This document shows, one piece after another, positions 24,269 through 38,200 of a stretch of 64,000 nt of DNA (position 1 is its first letter; each line of letters begins with the position of its first letter). The notes under the pieces were generated by a model that ran no database searches, had not been told where the DNA came from, and saw nothing but the letters and a program-made list of their open reading frames with translations. The stretch spans positions 3,844,001 to 3,908,000 of the forward strand of contig NW_026889785.1 in assembly GCF_033153115.1 (NCBI RefSeq), read 5' to 3'. Source of the stretch: Saccostrea echinata. Taxonomy: Eukaryota. A program made the translations under genes and the position numbers.

Positions 24269-24352
24269 GCATGGTTCTCACATTTTTTCAATTAAATGAA
24301 TGATAAACAGAGACGTTTATTGCGGATTGAACTTTAAGACACCGTTGCTGAC

Positions 24353-27300
24353 ATGAACAAAGAACAGATCCAATTCATCTTTTGAGGAATAAGGACGGTT
24401 TCGATTTGAAAATGTGAGTACTTTTTTCTGCAATAGTCGGAACCAAAATATAATATATCATTAATTAAGTTTAATTTAAGATTTATGCAACATTCACAAA
24501 CAACTAGTAATATAATGTAGCTAAGAATACAATGATCATTATTCTATTTTATGATGATAGCAAGTATGATAATTAATTACGATATTCAATGTATAACGAC
24601 CATATTTTTACCTAAAAATGTATGATCCAATATTTTTAATCAAGATGTTATCCAATAAAAATGCTCCACCAATGGCATTCACAAAATTTTGATTATTTTC
24701 CATTTAATTGCAACTTGAATTTTACATTGAAGTCTATGGGCAGTGTATGTTTCTATCAGATATTGTAAAAAGTAAGTTGAATTTCAAACAAATCTCTTGA
24801 AGAAAATATGCATAAACCCTCTCTTTATTATTCTATGAAATAAAATAAATAATCTACCACAGAAATTTTGAGAAATCAAAAATTTTCTTCTTTTCATCAA
24901 GGGCAGATAACTCTTCCAAAACCTTTAACGTGCAAAATGACGGTCTTCTTACATGTTATCAGTCTTGTGAATTTGGTTGATTTCATTTTTATCGTTATCT
25001 AGCAATGTGTTTTTAACTAGTTTATATAATTATTTAAAATCGTTCAAAATCCCTCATTATACATTGAATACCTTACGTATTGCTATATTTAATTATTACG
25101 TTCAGTAAGACCTTATTGTTTAATACTTTAGGTCCTTTATAACCATTAGAAGGGCCGATGTTGAAGATGAAACTCCTATTTTGTTTCCTGTTGGAACAGA
25201 AATATCTCTAAGTGATGTGCATATGTACATCCTTTCTCATAAATATGAATTACTACATGTAGTAGTAAATAACTTTCTCACCTTTAAGAGACACTACGAA
25301 TATAATGTTGTTTAATTTGGCTTTGACAGGCTGTATATTGTACTTAGTTCATATTCATTTTCAATGTGTAACATGATTGTAGGCCTGCATTTATTCAGGC
25401 ATTGTACTTCTCTTACTAAAGGTTGTGCTTTCCCTAATATCATTTCCCTGCGTTACACTGACGAAGACCAGAAACTTCATTACCACATAATAAGTAAAGA
25501 CGACAAATTAGTAGAGCCAGATGGGGGTTGGTTAAAAAAGAATCGACTGTATCTAGCTGTCTGTGGGGTTGGACAAAGAGGTGTGTATTTCAAAATTGTT
25601 GTGTCTTTGCTTTTTTTTTTTTTATTTCAGAAACTAATTATACTTAATTGCTTCAATGTATCAATATACAGAAATGAACGATAACTGTACATGGTCTGTT
25701 CATATACACTGTAGATGGGATTACCTCTCGCCACGGACTTTTCCAGTCATATAGGCAGGCGGCAGTTAGCATCATCGTCTAACGGAAAAGAAAAACGCAG
25801 CACAAAAGACGAAGAAGCACCAGTTATGGTAAATATATACTTATTGCTGTATTTACTTTCTCGAAAATTAAACTCCTTATTGAAAAGTTGCATTTGCTAC
25901 GTGTATTACAGCAAAGTAGATATACTAATGACTCCTTTATTTTTTAAGTTAAAGGTTGGACATGGTCAGTTCAAATTAGGGAAATTCACCCGGATTTCAG
26001 CAAACAGTTTATCTCTTCAAGGAGGTATTGTACTTGTGGGCCCTTTTAATACAGAAGGAAACACCACGGAGGAGATTAAAAAGGCAGCATTTGAAAAGTT
26101 TTCCATGCAAAACCGCCTCTTCAAGCAGAAGTTCGAGAGTCATACCCAGTTCGTCCTGGTTTATCCAGATGGAAAAAAAGTGGATATGCTCCCGGATGGA
26201 AAGGAGGAATTTTCCATCTTGAAATACAGAAATTTTTTAGATCCGAAGAAAAGATTCGACCGTCTTAGGCTGTATATATGCAATACCAGTGAGTTTAAGA
26301 AATATTCATTCAATTCTATTATTTTTTGATAACATCTGAAATGAAACAATGAAAAAATGCTAATTCAGTTTATTTTCTCAAACTATGTTAAATGAGGTGA
26401 AGTAAATAATGCGTACATTTGATAAAAGCTGATATATATGGTGAGAGTAAATTTGTCACATACACTGTACTCAGTATTGAGAAAAATTACCAGACAAGCT
26501 AGGCGCGTTTCTAAACTTGACAGAATATTTATAAACACTATACATCTATAAGAGAAAGTGACGGATCATGATTCATCTAATATTTCATTTCAGACTCAAG
26601 AAATAACACCCATATCTTTTAACATTTTCCTTCACACTTTAAGTAAAGATATTAAATTATTTATACCCCCGCTTGAAAATTGGGAGGGTATGTATTAAGC
26701 GGGATGTCCGTCTGTTACGCTTAGTTATGAATATTCGAAGGGAAAAAATAAATTTTAAACGTATAATTGTTATATTTTTACAACAATTTAACAGGGTATT
26801 TTTATTAGTGTTTTAGAGTGTAGGAAATGCATATAGTTCCTACTGTTTGTTCTACCGCTCAGTGACAATGTTTTTGATAAAGAAAATTATGCTGAATTTA
26901 AATATTTTTACTTATCTGTTCCTTATGTAATGTTTGATATGTAGTAAGTAAGTCATTAAAACAAAATTGTGGTTTCCACATTGGAACTGTTTGGCAAACA
27001 ATATTTTATTGTATATATCTCCTCGATCTGAATATCATGGAAACCCAACAATGCAAACCAAAAGTAAATAAGAAAACCTAAATTCTACATAAACAAATAA
27101 GTAAATAAATGAAATTAAAAATTAAAACAAAATATGTGTAAATTAATAAACAAATAAATAACTGAATAAACAAATAAATAAATAAAATTCAAACTGATGA
27201 ATTTTTAATAGCAATATGTGCCACAACCTTATTCTGAAGATTGTTAGAGTTGCATGTTTGTAAACCGTGATTTATTGCTGTGTTGCATCCTCACAGTGTC

Positions 27301-30300
27301 AGGAGTTCTGGACCAGAAAATTAATGACATTTCAGAAGGTCAAAAGACCTTGTGAATCGTATTAATGATTTAAACTAAATCAAGCGCCATATAATGTTGA
27401 GTTGTTGAAACAATAACGAGAATGATGGCATACTCGAGAATTATTACTCAGTGGATTTTTTCCACACTATCCCTATAACTTTTAACAACGTCATAGTGAC
27501 CAGACACTTAATGGAGCATACATATCACAACTAATCATTTTTTGAAATGTACATCTAGTCAGGCCATCTCACCACGAGTCCAGCTTATGCAAACATCAAT
27601 CAATCACTGAATTTCATTTAATTTTGATCTAATTATTTGTAGTATAGCTTGATCACTAGTATTTCTAAGATGTCTAATAGGTTTTATTCAGAACTACAAG
27701 GCGAAATATTTTTGTGTGTTTAGTTTGTTAATTTTTAAATTAAAATTTTTATTTTTGAAATTTAGTTTTTCATGTTGTATTTTTTATATTTCAAGAAAAC
27801 TACCAGGAAAATGAAGTGGAAGTTGTCTCCTGCAGTAGTAGTTTATCCGAGGAACTTCCAGTCTTGAAGTCGACATGTCCAAAAACAGATGAGGAGAATG
27901 ATCCACTGACAGTCGATGTCCATTTCCTTTTCAAAGAGAGAGTGTTCGAAGAAACATTTCCAAACAACGCACAAATATCCGTAGGTTTTTATTTTGGTCC
28001 TCTTATTTCAACTCAATGTATTAAGAACGTTTTAGTTAAAGTTTTTGCAATCCAAGAATTGACCAGTATGTCATTACACTGTCTTAATTTGTTTGGACAG
28101 GAACTCTCAAATTATGCAGCGACCCTAATAGGAAAGTCACCTGCATGTGTTGTTTTAAAAATGGAAAATGGGTTAGTGCTAGCGGATGATGACAGACTTA
28201 TGGGTCTGTCTTGAGTCACCCCTTTAGGATAGAAATGTAAGTTATCAATTTAATTAGAGCTGAGCGATTTATTATAGTCTCATTTTGGTGAACTTCAATC
28301 CCAGTCTTATTTTTTTCATTGACTGCAAGAACAGAAGAAGTTTTTAAGAATGGGAGTAGTCTTATCGATTTTGAATTTTTTTGTTCGATGGGTTTGTATA
28401 TTTCATGACTTTTTTTTCAACTTTTAGATACAAAAATGAAGAGGTTTATGATGGGAAATGATTAAATAATTATTAAATAATCCTATATATATGTAGTTAA
28501 ATTTTAGATCAGAAGTCGAATCTGATGGTGAAGAAGACCCAAATATTTCGATCCTCCCAGTTGCAGCTCGACACAATGCAGAAACGAAAAGAACGGTAGA
28601 AGTCCTACTAGAGGAAACTACCAAGTGAGTTAATTTACTAGTGCATGAAATTTGAGCCTGAGAAATAAATCACTTTTTGACTTATCTGTATGGGACGTCA
28701 GGGATAGATCTTATTATACCCCAACTTGAAATGGGCGGGGGTTATTTTTAAATGCTTTTAGATATCCAAATCGGACTTTTAAATCGACACTTAAACTGTC
28801 TGATGGCGGATCATCGACGGGCGCTTTTGCCAAATGATTCTTGCGCTGTTTTATCTGTTTAAAAAAATCTAATGACGTTGTGTAGTAGTCTGAAGTCATA
28901 GTGATTAAACTAAGAAAATTGCACGCTTGCATTAAAAAAAGCATTGATATTAGTTTCTTTGAATTTTGAAATTAATAAAAAAGAGTATTTAGGTGGACTT
29001 CAATACCGTCTCATTGTCATGGATGAATGTTATAAATGTTGACACTTTTATAAACGACACTAAACTCTCTTTACCCTCTAATTCTAAAACCAAATACATT
29101 CCAAATCCTGGCTATATACAGTGAGCACCTTTGAGGAACGCAAGTTACTATCAGTATTTTAAATAAGTTATTCCACATGTGGGTTCAACATAGGTCATAC
29201 AGGGAAATAGCTCTCGTTTACTATAGGAAAACATTGAACTGTTTATACATTTGTAATATTTTAGGTACCAGCCTAGCCTTGTACAAACTTCCTACTTTCA
29301 CACAAGTTGTATAAATATATTTAATGCGTCTTTTGTCAATCGCACAACGTTAGGCTCATATAGTAAACAGAAGCTTAGAAATGAATGACCGTTCTCGATT
29401 TACTATAGAAAATCATGAATGTCGGCTGACCCCTGGTACCACATTGTATGGCTTTGCTCTTTGTATATTCATGAAGTTCAGTGGTAAAAATTGTTGAATC
29501 GCATGGTTGAGATATCAATAAATGATCTGAGATGAAAAATTTTGCTTTTCTTGATTATTTTTTCACATTTTACCGGGCCCATAAGTGCACTTTCCTTTCT
29601 ATTTTTTTTATTAAAGTAAAGAAATAAATGGAAACTTGTAATGCACATAATAATTTTTGTTGTTATAATTTCTAATTTTATTGTCCAATTCTCACCCTAT
29701 ATATGTTCACCTCTCCCCTATCTCACAACTATGGTAAAGAATATACCAATTACTTGTAAGTAATTATCTCACGAGTAATTATCTCACTTAGTTAAATTCC
29801 CGTTTTGCAAACATTTCTTCTGTGCCTGAAATTCAAATGTGTGCAAAAGGGGAGCAAACCAATCCAAGCTTTCTAGGTGTAAAAAAAACTAGTTAAGACA
29901 GTGTGTACATAGCTATATTTGGTCCAGTTAAAAAAGTGTGGAATAGGCAGATCAAAAGTGAAAGTGTGTATGTTTTATTAGTTTTTTTTGAAATAAAGAA
30001 ACATCAGACGTATAATACTACAATATTTAACATATTTAATGTTACTTTGAATGCTTTTTTCATACAAATATACAAATGTAAATATAAACAATAAAAAGTC
30101 TTTCTTTGTTTGTTAGTGTGGAAATTAACGTCGCAGCTATTGTAGAAAAAATTGCATTTAAATAAACCTTTTTTTATTTCAATAAACTTATCTTTTTACA
30201 AGGCCGCATTAACAGATCCCAGGGATCTCCTGAGGCTCTACTCAAATCTCTTTCTCCAAGGAAGAGATTTAGACATTACAGATGAAAGTGTCCCCACGGA

Positions 30301-33234
30301 GGGGGAGAGTGCCGGCATATTCATCAGCCGCCTCAATCTTTTCCAAGATGCTATTGATGAAATTTCCTCGTTGGAGAATGTCCGTCTTCCCCTGGAAGTG
30401 ACATTCCACGGGGAAGCGGCTGTAGATTTGGGCGGCCCCAGGAGGGAATTCTTTCACACGTTCACGGAGGAGGTGAAACACCGACTCCTCCATGTAAATG
30501 CAGGTACTATAGAGGTCCATCTTCAAGAGGAAGCACTCGCAAGGCACCATTACTTTTACGCTGGCCTGGTAGTCGGTAGGTTATGAATTATATCTTAAAT
30601 TGTCATTTCATAAAAACAAGTTTCTATTTTCGGTTTTGGAAGAATTATTGTTTCTATCTGCACAGGCCTGAGCGTTCTTCAAGGAGGCCCTCTATTGGGG
30701 TGCCTCCCAATTATTATTGATGGCAGCACCGCGGCCCATTCCCAGCTAAGGCGCGGGCTGGAGAGGACGGGTGTCCTGCAGGTATGTGAGGTTTGTGGAA
30801 AAATGTCTATATACATTGTAATAAAAGATAACTTGCCGTACTTCCGATGTATGTTTCCAATGGTGTTCACTACTTTCAGTTCATTGAACGAACGAACATT
30901 ACTTGTTCACAAATGGAACCAACACGCTTAGTGTCTCCAGATTGATGCAGTTGATCCATGATGATTTCTGAGCAGAGGGAAGCAACGCCAGAATGAAGGA
31001 GGAGCAATCCTTCCAACACTTTGTCAAATATTTACGAGAAGTGTACGGTAAGATCAAATATCGACGGGCTAAAAATTCTTGTAAGGAAAATTTTAAAAAA
31101 TGCATAACGTCTGTTTCTGAATATGTTACACATGCGCTATGGGGAGATTTTTGTCTTTTTCCACATTTGCAAATTTTCTGGTTACCCAATAGCTAACAAA
31201 TATCTAGGACGAATCTTACACATGAGCCAAATAGTAAATAATTTAAAGCAGAATCTGTCAGCGACAAAGTCTAGTTCACCCAGACGCTCGGCCATCTCCG
31301 TAAATCTCAGACGAGCAGATCTTTTATCAGCAAGACTGGTATTTCCTGTCGCTATCGTACATAGCAGACAGGCATACAGCGACAGGGATATTCGATATTT
31401 ATAGATAAACTCTCACGTGTCCATTGGGATGTACAAACTGTACATGTGTAATTTCAATGGAATTTTTTAGTCTCTAACCGAGTTGTTTGGCGCCATTCAG
31501 AGAACCAAGGCGGATCCAGAAATTTTGAAACGGGTGAGGGCGGGGTATGTGAGGAACTTTAAATATCCCAAAGAGGAGGGGTAACTATGTAATTGAAAAC
31601 GGTTTGAACTTAAGGAAACATTTTCAGTAGTACTTTGAAAGTCGGAAAAAAGGGGACTACGCTTGTAAATTTATTGCTTGAAATTACGTGCATGTTCGTT
31701 AAATCTACAGTGATTGAAATGGTCATCTTTTCCGTATAATAACATACATGTACGTTAACTCAAAGAAAGCAAGCATCATTGATATAATTAAGGTGAGGAC
31801 AACCCTTATTTGAGAAATTTATTTAATAAAGAGGTGGATGAATGAATACACGAATGGCTACAAATTTAGTCGTGTTAACTCTTCAATTTTTATTTTATCA
31901 TTTCGTATTTACTTAAACATTTTAAACACCAGGGGTGCGCGCCCAGTGCGCTGGTGCTGGATTTGCCTCTGAAAGTGTCAAATCTATATATTGGACGTGA
32001 ACTAAATACAGAATTGATTGCATGTTTTTGAATGAAGCATATTTGTGAGCATCTACACATGCTGCACAATAAATGGGAACAATTACTCTTGAAGACCTGT
32101 TTGTAGACTGGCCTTGCTTGTCTGGTATGCACGATATATTACAGACAGATGATCAGTAATATATAACAAGCCCTCTGCTAGCTGGCTGCACTCATAAAAA
32201 CTCTCGCTGACTTAGAAATGTTAAATAAGTCGGGGAAATAGATCAGAGCGCAGAACTTCATAATGGTGGATATCGTTACCTTGAATTATCCTTGTGCACA
32301 AAAAATGCATTGAAAAATGAACGTAAGGGATGTTTTGAAACAAATTATAAGTACTGACACTAGTAAATATTAAATTTTGAAAACTTCTATACATACTTCT
32401 ATACTACATTAACAGGATTAATGTAAACGTCTGATGAATTGGCCAGTAATTCACAAGTTTACGTTAACATTAGCTTTCTTGAACACTCAGTTATTAGGCT
32501 TTTATCCTAGCAAACAATGAATCTTGACATGATACATCAAAAATATAATTATGCTCATAAATTGCGCAAATATATAATATCTCCATATCTTAAGATTCCG
32601 TGGTTTACAACTGCTGAACTTCAACATTTTTTTTCACATGTCAACCAGCACAATAATGCTGTAAAATGATACGTTACTGATCGGATTCTGCCGGTTTGTT
32701 TGACATTATATATATAATTGTTAAACGAGAGCAAAGTGGTTACAATTCTGAATAAACTCCCATTGTTTCCTCCTTTGGAAATACTATGGGTTGTTTACAT
32801 TTAAGAATGAAGTGCGTTGTTTCATGCTCGAAATTCAGAAAGATCATTACTTTTAATAATAATTAATTTGTTAAATATTCAATAAAGTTTTTTTTAGATT
32901 CGCGAAATGTGGGCAGAGGAATAGCCGGTTCATGCGGCGATTCAAAACGTTCACAACATAATATGTGCCTATATTAATTTAATGTATATTTCTATTTCAT
33001 ATAGCTTGACGCCGAGTTGGAGGGGACGTAACACGGGGGAAAGTTTGAAGTTCTTCACTGGATCTGCAGAAATCCCTGTACTGGGGGTTCACTCTGAGAC
33101 CAACAATCATCTTCAGCGAAGAACTGTTACCATCTGCTAATACCTGTATTTGCAGGTTATATCTACCTATTGAGCCAACTAACTATGACCTGTTAGATTT
33201 TGCTTTTTTGAATGACCATTTTGGTTTTGAGTAG
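24353..33234 (+). pseudogene. Multi-exon HECT-domain E3 ubiquitin ligase (G2E3-like HECT), degenerate
   Basis: Exons at approximately 25383-25580, 25715-25828, 25949-26288 (LVYPDG...LPDGKEEFSILKYR...RLYIC), 27796-27980, 28101-28236, 28508-28624, 30203-30574 (ISRLNLFQDA...LEVTFHGEAAVDLGGPRREFF...YFYAGLVVG), 30667-30781 (LSVLQGGP), ~30880-31047 and 33005-33234 (FFTGSAEIPVLG/FTLRPTIIF...LPSANTC...HFGFE*). The catalytic Cys is at 33145-33147 and AATAAA at 33418. Frameshifts and stops are present; the first exons are uncertain. Confidence 0.85.
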
Positions 33235-34433
33235 TGCTTCAAACCGCAGTTTTCAGATCTGTCACAGCACTCACATTGCTCACGAAAAAATGTGAAGTGT
33301 ACATTAAACTGTTATTAATAGACAGTTTACTCTTATCTGCAATTAAAAAGTCTTCAAAACTACAAAAAGAAATCCCTGCATTTGGATACAGCGGTAGGGA
33401 CACAAAGATTGCCACACAATAAAAGAGTTTTTGTTTTGGTCAACAAAAGGATACTAGTATATCATCCCTACAAGTATAATTATATATAATTTCATTTCTT
33501 AAAAAATTGTCATATACATCTTGTACTTGCAGGACAAGGGCGTATTAAGTTTTTAAAACTTGTGCACTCCTCTTGTAATTATAAATGACAGAAATGTGTT
33601 GAATTAAATCAGATATGTAGGGTTGATACACATTTGTTAACGTGTATTTTACGTTCATTGAGTGATATGACAAAGAAACAAAATGTTAAGTTTATGTATA
33701 CGTGTATACCGCATTATCACATTTTAAAGGTACATGCCCGTACTCTGCATTTTAGGGAAAAAGATTCATCTTTAAGAGCTGAAACGTCTCATTAAAAAAA
33801 GTTGAAATTGATATATTCCTGAGAAATAATCATTTTCAGTCAGAAATTACAAAAATTGCGAATTCTTGATTTTCTTTGAAGACGGGAGAGGGGGGGGGGG
33901 TGCATTTCAAATCAAGGAAGAATGGGGACAGTGGAGAACCTTCTAAATATTATATGTTTGTCCATATATATAAATTTTTTTTATCTTACCAAAGGTTTAC
34001 TCTTTAAATTTTAAATGTCATACGATAATTTCAAAATTTTTGTTTATTTGCACCCAATTATTTGCTCCCAAATAAAATTGAATTTTTGACAATATTTTTT
34101 TTTTTATTTTTCGGCAAAGTACAAAATCATGGAATTTGTAGACAATAAATATGTGTGCTTAGTTTAGCATTATTCTGTTCAAATTTAATTATATAAGTAT
34201 TTGTTACTCAGTACGCAGTATTGGTGTTGATTCCCTTGTGTTTAGTTTTATTTTTTTTATTTAGTTTGTTTGTAAATATGTTCTTTTCATTCAAAAATGG
34301 TTTACGATAAAGTATTTGTGTAATAAGTCGTGACATTATGATGAAAAAAAAATTCTAATCCGTTTGTAATTGTTTATCTATTGTTTCCAATTGAGGTGAT
34401 TTAAGCATGACCGCTATATTGTACAAGTTCAAT

Positions 34434-34627
34434 CACAGGCACCTGAAGTATGGATATCCCCCCCCCCCTTTTTAACGAGAGAAAAAAAGTAAAATCTGCT
34501 TGCATGGAGCGACATATAGATGTGTTCGACGGGAAAATTATTTATTTTTGAGATATTATACACTCTTGCATTTTTTTTTAATTAAAAAGGGGGGGGGAGT
34601 TGAATATCCATACTTCAGGTGCCTGTG
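34434..34627. mobile_element. 194-bp MITE with perfect 24-bp TIRs beginning CAC
   Basis: CACAGGCACCTGAAGTATGGATAT ... ATATCCATACTTCAGGTGCCTGTG, followed inward by complementary C and G runs. Confidence 0.75.
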
Positions 34628-35236
34628 GTGTAATTTGTTACACTGGGAACTGAGGAAAAGATAACACTGTTTTCCTTATGGAAATACCTTTGTTAAAGAC
34701 CCTTTTCATTAATAATTTCAAGATTGTAAATATTTTTCCCCATATATTTCTGGCATGCATGTTAAAAAATTGTTCGCTCAAAGCGTGCACTACTTTGCTC
34801 TACAAGATGGCAGCCAAGGGGAATAACCCCGAGGCATAGATAAGCCATCTATTGTCTTAGTGTTAAGAATTGTCATGTTAACATATTATGTGTTTGATTT
34901 TAACATGTTGTTGCATTCCATTGCAAGCTTTCATCATAAATATACTTATCGACAAGCCGCATTCCGACTTTGTTTTATTATTTGCAGCATTTGCAAATTT
35001 TGCATAAAGACCTTACGTGGAAACTTACCAAGCAAAGCCACTTGAACGGCTAATTTCCCCAACCTGATTACAAATTCCCAAATCCATCCCATATCTAAAC
35101 TCGTTTAGAAGGTTTATTCAAAATTAACAATACAACATGACAGTACAACAGCAACGCAATGATACAATATGCACATTATGACACATTATACAGTAATAAA
35201 CAGATATGAATGTTCAGTTAATCATTAGACAAGATG

Positions 35237-38200
35237 TTACATATTTCGAAGCGTTGACAACAGTTCCACATAATTATGCAGAGCTTCGGTCCAATCACTG
35301 GCATCTGACATGCCTCTATTCACAAATATTTGATTTGCTGGTCCATCAAACTGTACAGAACCACTTATACTACTAACTTTAACTTCATTCAGGGCTAAGG
35401 CAATATCGTCTTCATTTAATGGCTGCAAACAGTCTTGGCCCCCTGAAAGAAAACATCTTGAAGCACTATGGTGTTGGGTTTCTTTCAAAATATTAAATTC
35501 GAATCTACATAGTATTTGGTATTTCGGAAAAAAAAACTATTACCTAACGAGTGTAAAATGTCTGGACGGCCATTAGGACATTGTGCGACTCTGCTATGGG
35601 ATATGAAATGTGTGTTCCACTCCTCTACTATCTGAGATAACTCTAGTTGTAACACTGGCATGAAACAATAGCGCAGACAGTAACTGAAATAAAAGTAAAT
35701 TGCCATTTATAAACGTAGACTTTAAACAAACAGTATATAGTCCCTATTTTAAACTGTTGGATGATGTTTTAGGCAAGTTTTAAACAAATACGGTGAGATT
35801 TAAAGAAAAACAAACGTTCATTGATGATACCACGATGGATAACTCCTATAAGTTCAAGATCTTTTAAGAAATGCATCAACCATTGACTTTTACGTCTCCT
35901 AAATAAACTCCACCAGGCCTCTATTCTCTGCGTATTGTGTAGAAAACCAATACAAACACAAGTAAAGTTTTGCTTTGAAATCTTAAAATAAAAAGCAACA
36001 CAAAAATGTTTATTATTATATACATTATGATTTCTCACCTGGTTGAAAACAGAACGCGAAACTCTAAAACTGCTGAGTCCGGCAAAATCATCAGCAGCAT
36101 CGTGTCGAAATAAACACTGAAGAGCGCCCATGGTTATATTTTCAGTTCCTGGGTCTGCTTGCAAATTTAGAGGACACCGTGGTGGAAAAAAATGCAGTAT
36201 CTATTATATTTTTGTCATGAAAAATTAAGGCAAGTAAAATGCTGAAGTTGATGGTTGTGAGGGATAAATCTACCTTTCATATTTTGTACACATTCCACAT
36301 AATTTGAGGCTACGATGGCTGGATCATTGTTTGAAGGACCCACTTGTAACCACATCAATTTTCTGGAATATCTGCATTTGATATTTATCATCTATTATGA
36401 ATTGATACTTTCTTTTACCATTTTATATTTCTCATTGCAACAAAGCGGTAAAAGAAAACATATACAAAATAAATGTTCTATCTATCCGGGCGCATAATAA
36501 AAAAAAAAATCAATATTTTGTAGAAGATGGCGCTATATAGAATAATCTAGCTAATGCTGTGCTGTCTTATGCATTATTTTGCAGTTGGTTTCTGAACAGG
36601 ACAAAATATTATGTTGAAGAAATGTTGGGGTACTATGTCTATCTGCACGCTAACATGCAATCCATATGAAGTCAACAAAGGACTCACCCATCAATACACC
36701 CATGGATGGCAAATTCATATGGCTTTAATTTGTCATATCTGAAATTTGAAGAAAAAAATTTCACTGACAAAGAACTATTACAATATGATATTTCAGTCGG
36801 AAGTGTTTCTCAATACATAGATAAAAGAGAATACCCATCGACATGCCAGATTTGATTGGGTCCGATTGAATGGTAAGTTCTTCTCAGGATTCGCCTCCTC
36901 CTTCTGATTTTAGTGCCTTCGGGGTCCAATTCCCTTAGTAATTTCATGACAACATCCCTATAGAAAAAAAATCTTTGGATCGTGAAAAAGGCAAGAATTA
37001 CCTTCATAAAAATTGCTGTAGGGGATTTTGAAAATAACGATAAGCAGATCAAACATCATCTGACGTAATTGCTGTGTATAATTTAAGATTTCAGAAAAAA
37101 AATACTAGAAACTGATAACCAAATAAAACGTCACATAATACTCCGTATTATACTGTACATGTATATGCAGCATTGGAAAAAAATGGTTTAAAGGTCGGTA
37201 AAAACGAAATATTTGAGCAGCATGTTAATGTTTTATAAACCAGTTCATTTTTTAACTCTATCATAAGCCTTTTAATGCATTTTATCACCTATGCTAGTAG
37301 TCCGAAATATCTGACGTTTTCCAGACGTTTTTCAAGATTTTGATATTTTACGTCTTGGCACGTAAAGTATCAAAATCGTGAAAAAAAAAAACAACAAAAC
37401 GTCAAATATTTCGGACTGCTATGCTAGTAGCAATGGATGAATTCCATGTGGGATAATGTGCCGCACTTCTGCGTCCTTTTTAAACCTTATAAAACAAAAC
37501 CTTTTCAAATTATCCGACATAACTATGTGTTGATACGTGACTACCCCCTTTCTCCTGCTTTTAGAGCAATATTAGTATATTTTCGTCCATCAGTTTATTT
37601 TGCTTTATCACATGATTATTTAATTGCCCTTCTGCATCCTTCACAGGGTTTTATTATACTCAGGTGAACGTTAAGACTCTTGTTTGCTCATAAAAACACA
37701 TTGCATTTGTACAGTCATGATTTTCTAACGTATATTTTTGCAGCTGAAATTAAAAAAAAACTGTAGATGACCTATAGTTGAATATACTCTGGAAGAGTAG
37801 AGATTTCTTTCTTTCTTTTTTTTTTTGCAATTGTTATTCTCGTATAATAGAAGAAAGAAAGCATTTAAGCATTTCTTGTCTTTATATTTAAAATATAAAT
37901 GTTGAATGTATAATTTTAAAAACGCTACATAAAAATGAAAATGTAATGAAAGTACAATGGATGGACAAAGTATAAAGTTTTATTTACCTTTGGACGGCGT
38001 AACCTTTTCTTCGAAGAATGGATGTTAAAGATCTGTACCCACAGTCTCGGAAAGATTAGGTAATAGATTCTGAAAAAAAAAAAATGTTTTATGTCATTTT
38101 AACATATGATTATTGTTTTTTTTTTCTCTCCACTTGTATACGTAATCACAATGTTGGTATTGACCTAGATGTGAAAATGATACCTTACGTAAAATCGTTT

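Noticed and set aside
30152-30586. Calling the HECT gene host G2E3
   Set aside because: No PHD/RING N-terminus is seen, the gene has lesions, and it lies inside transposon TIRs, so no gene symbol was assigned.
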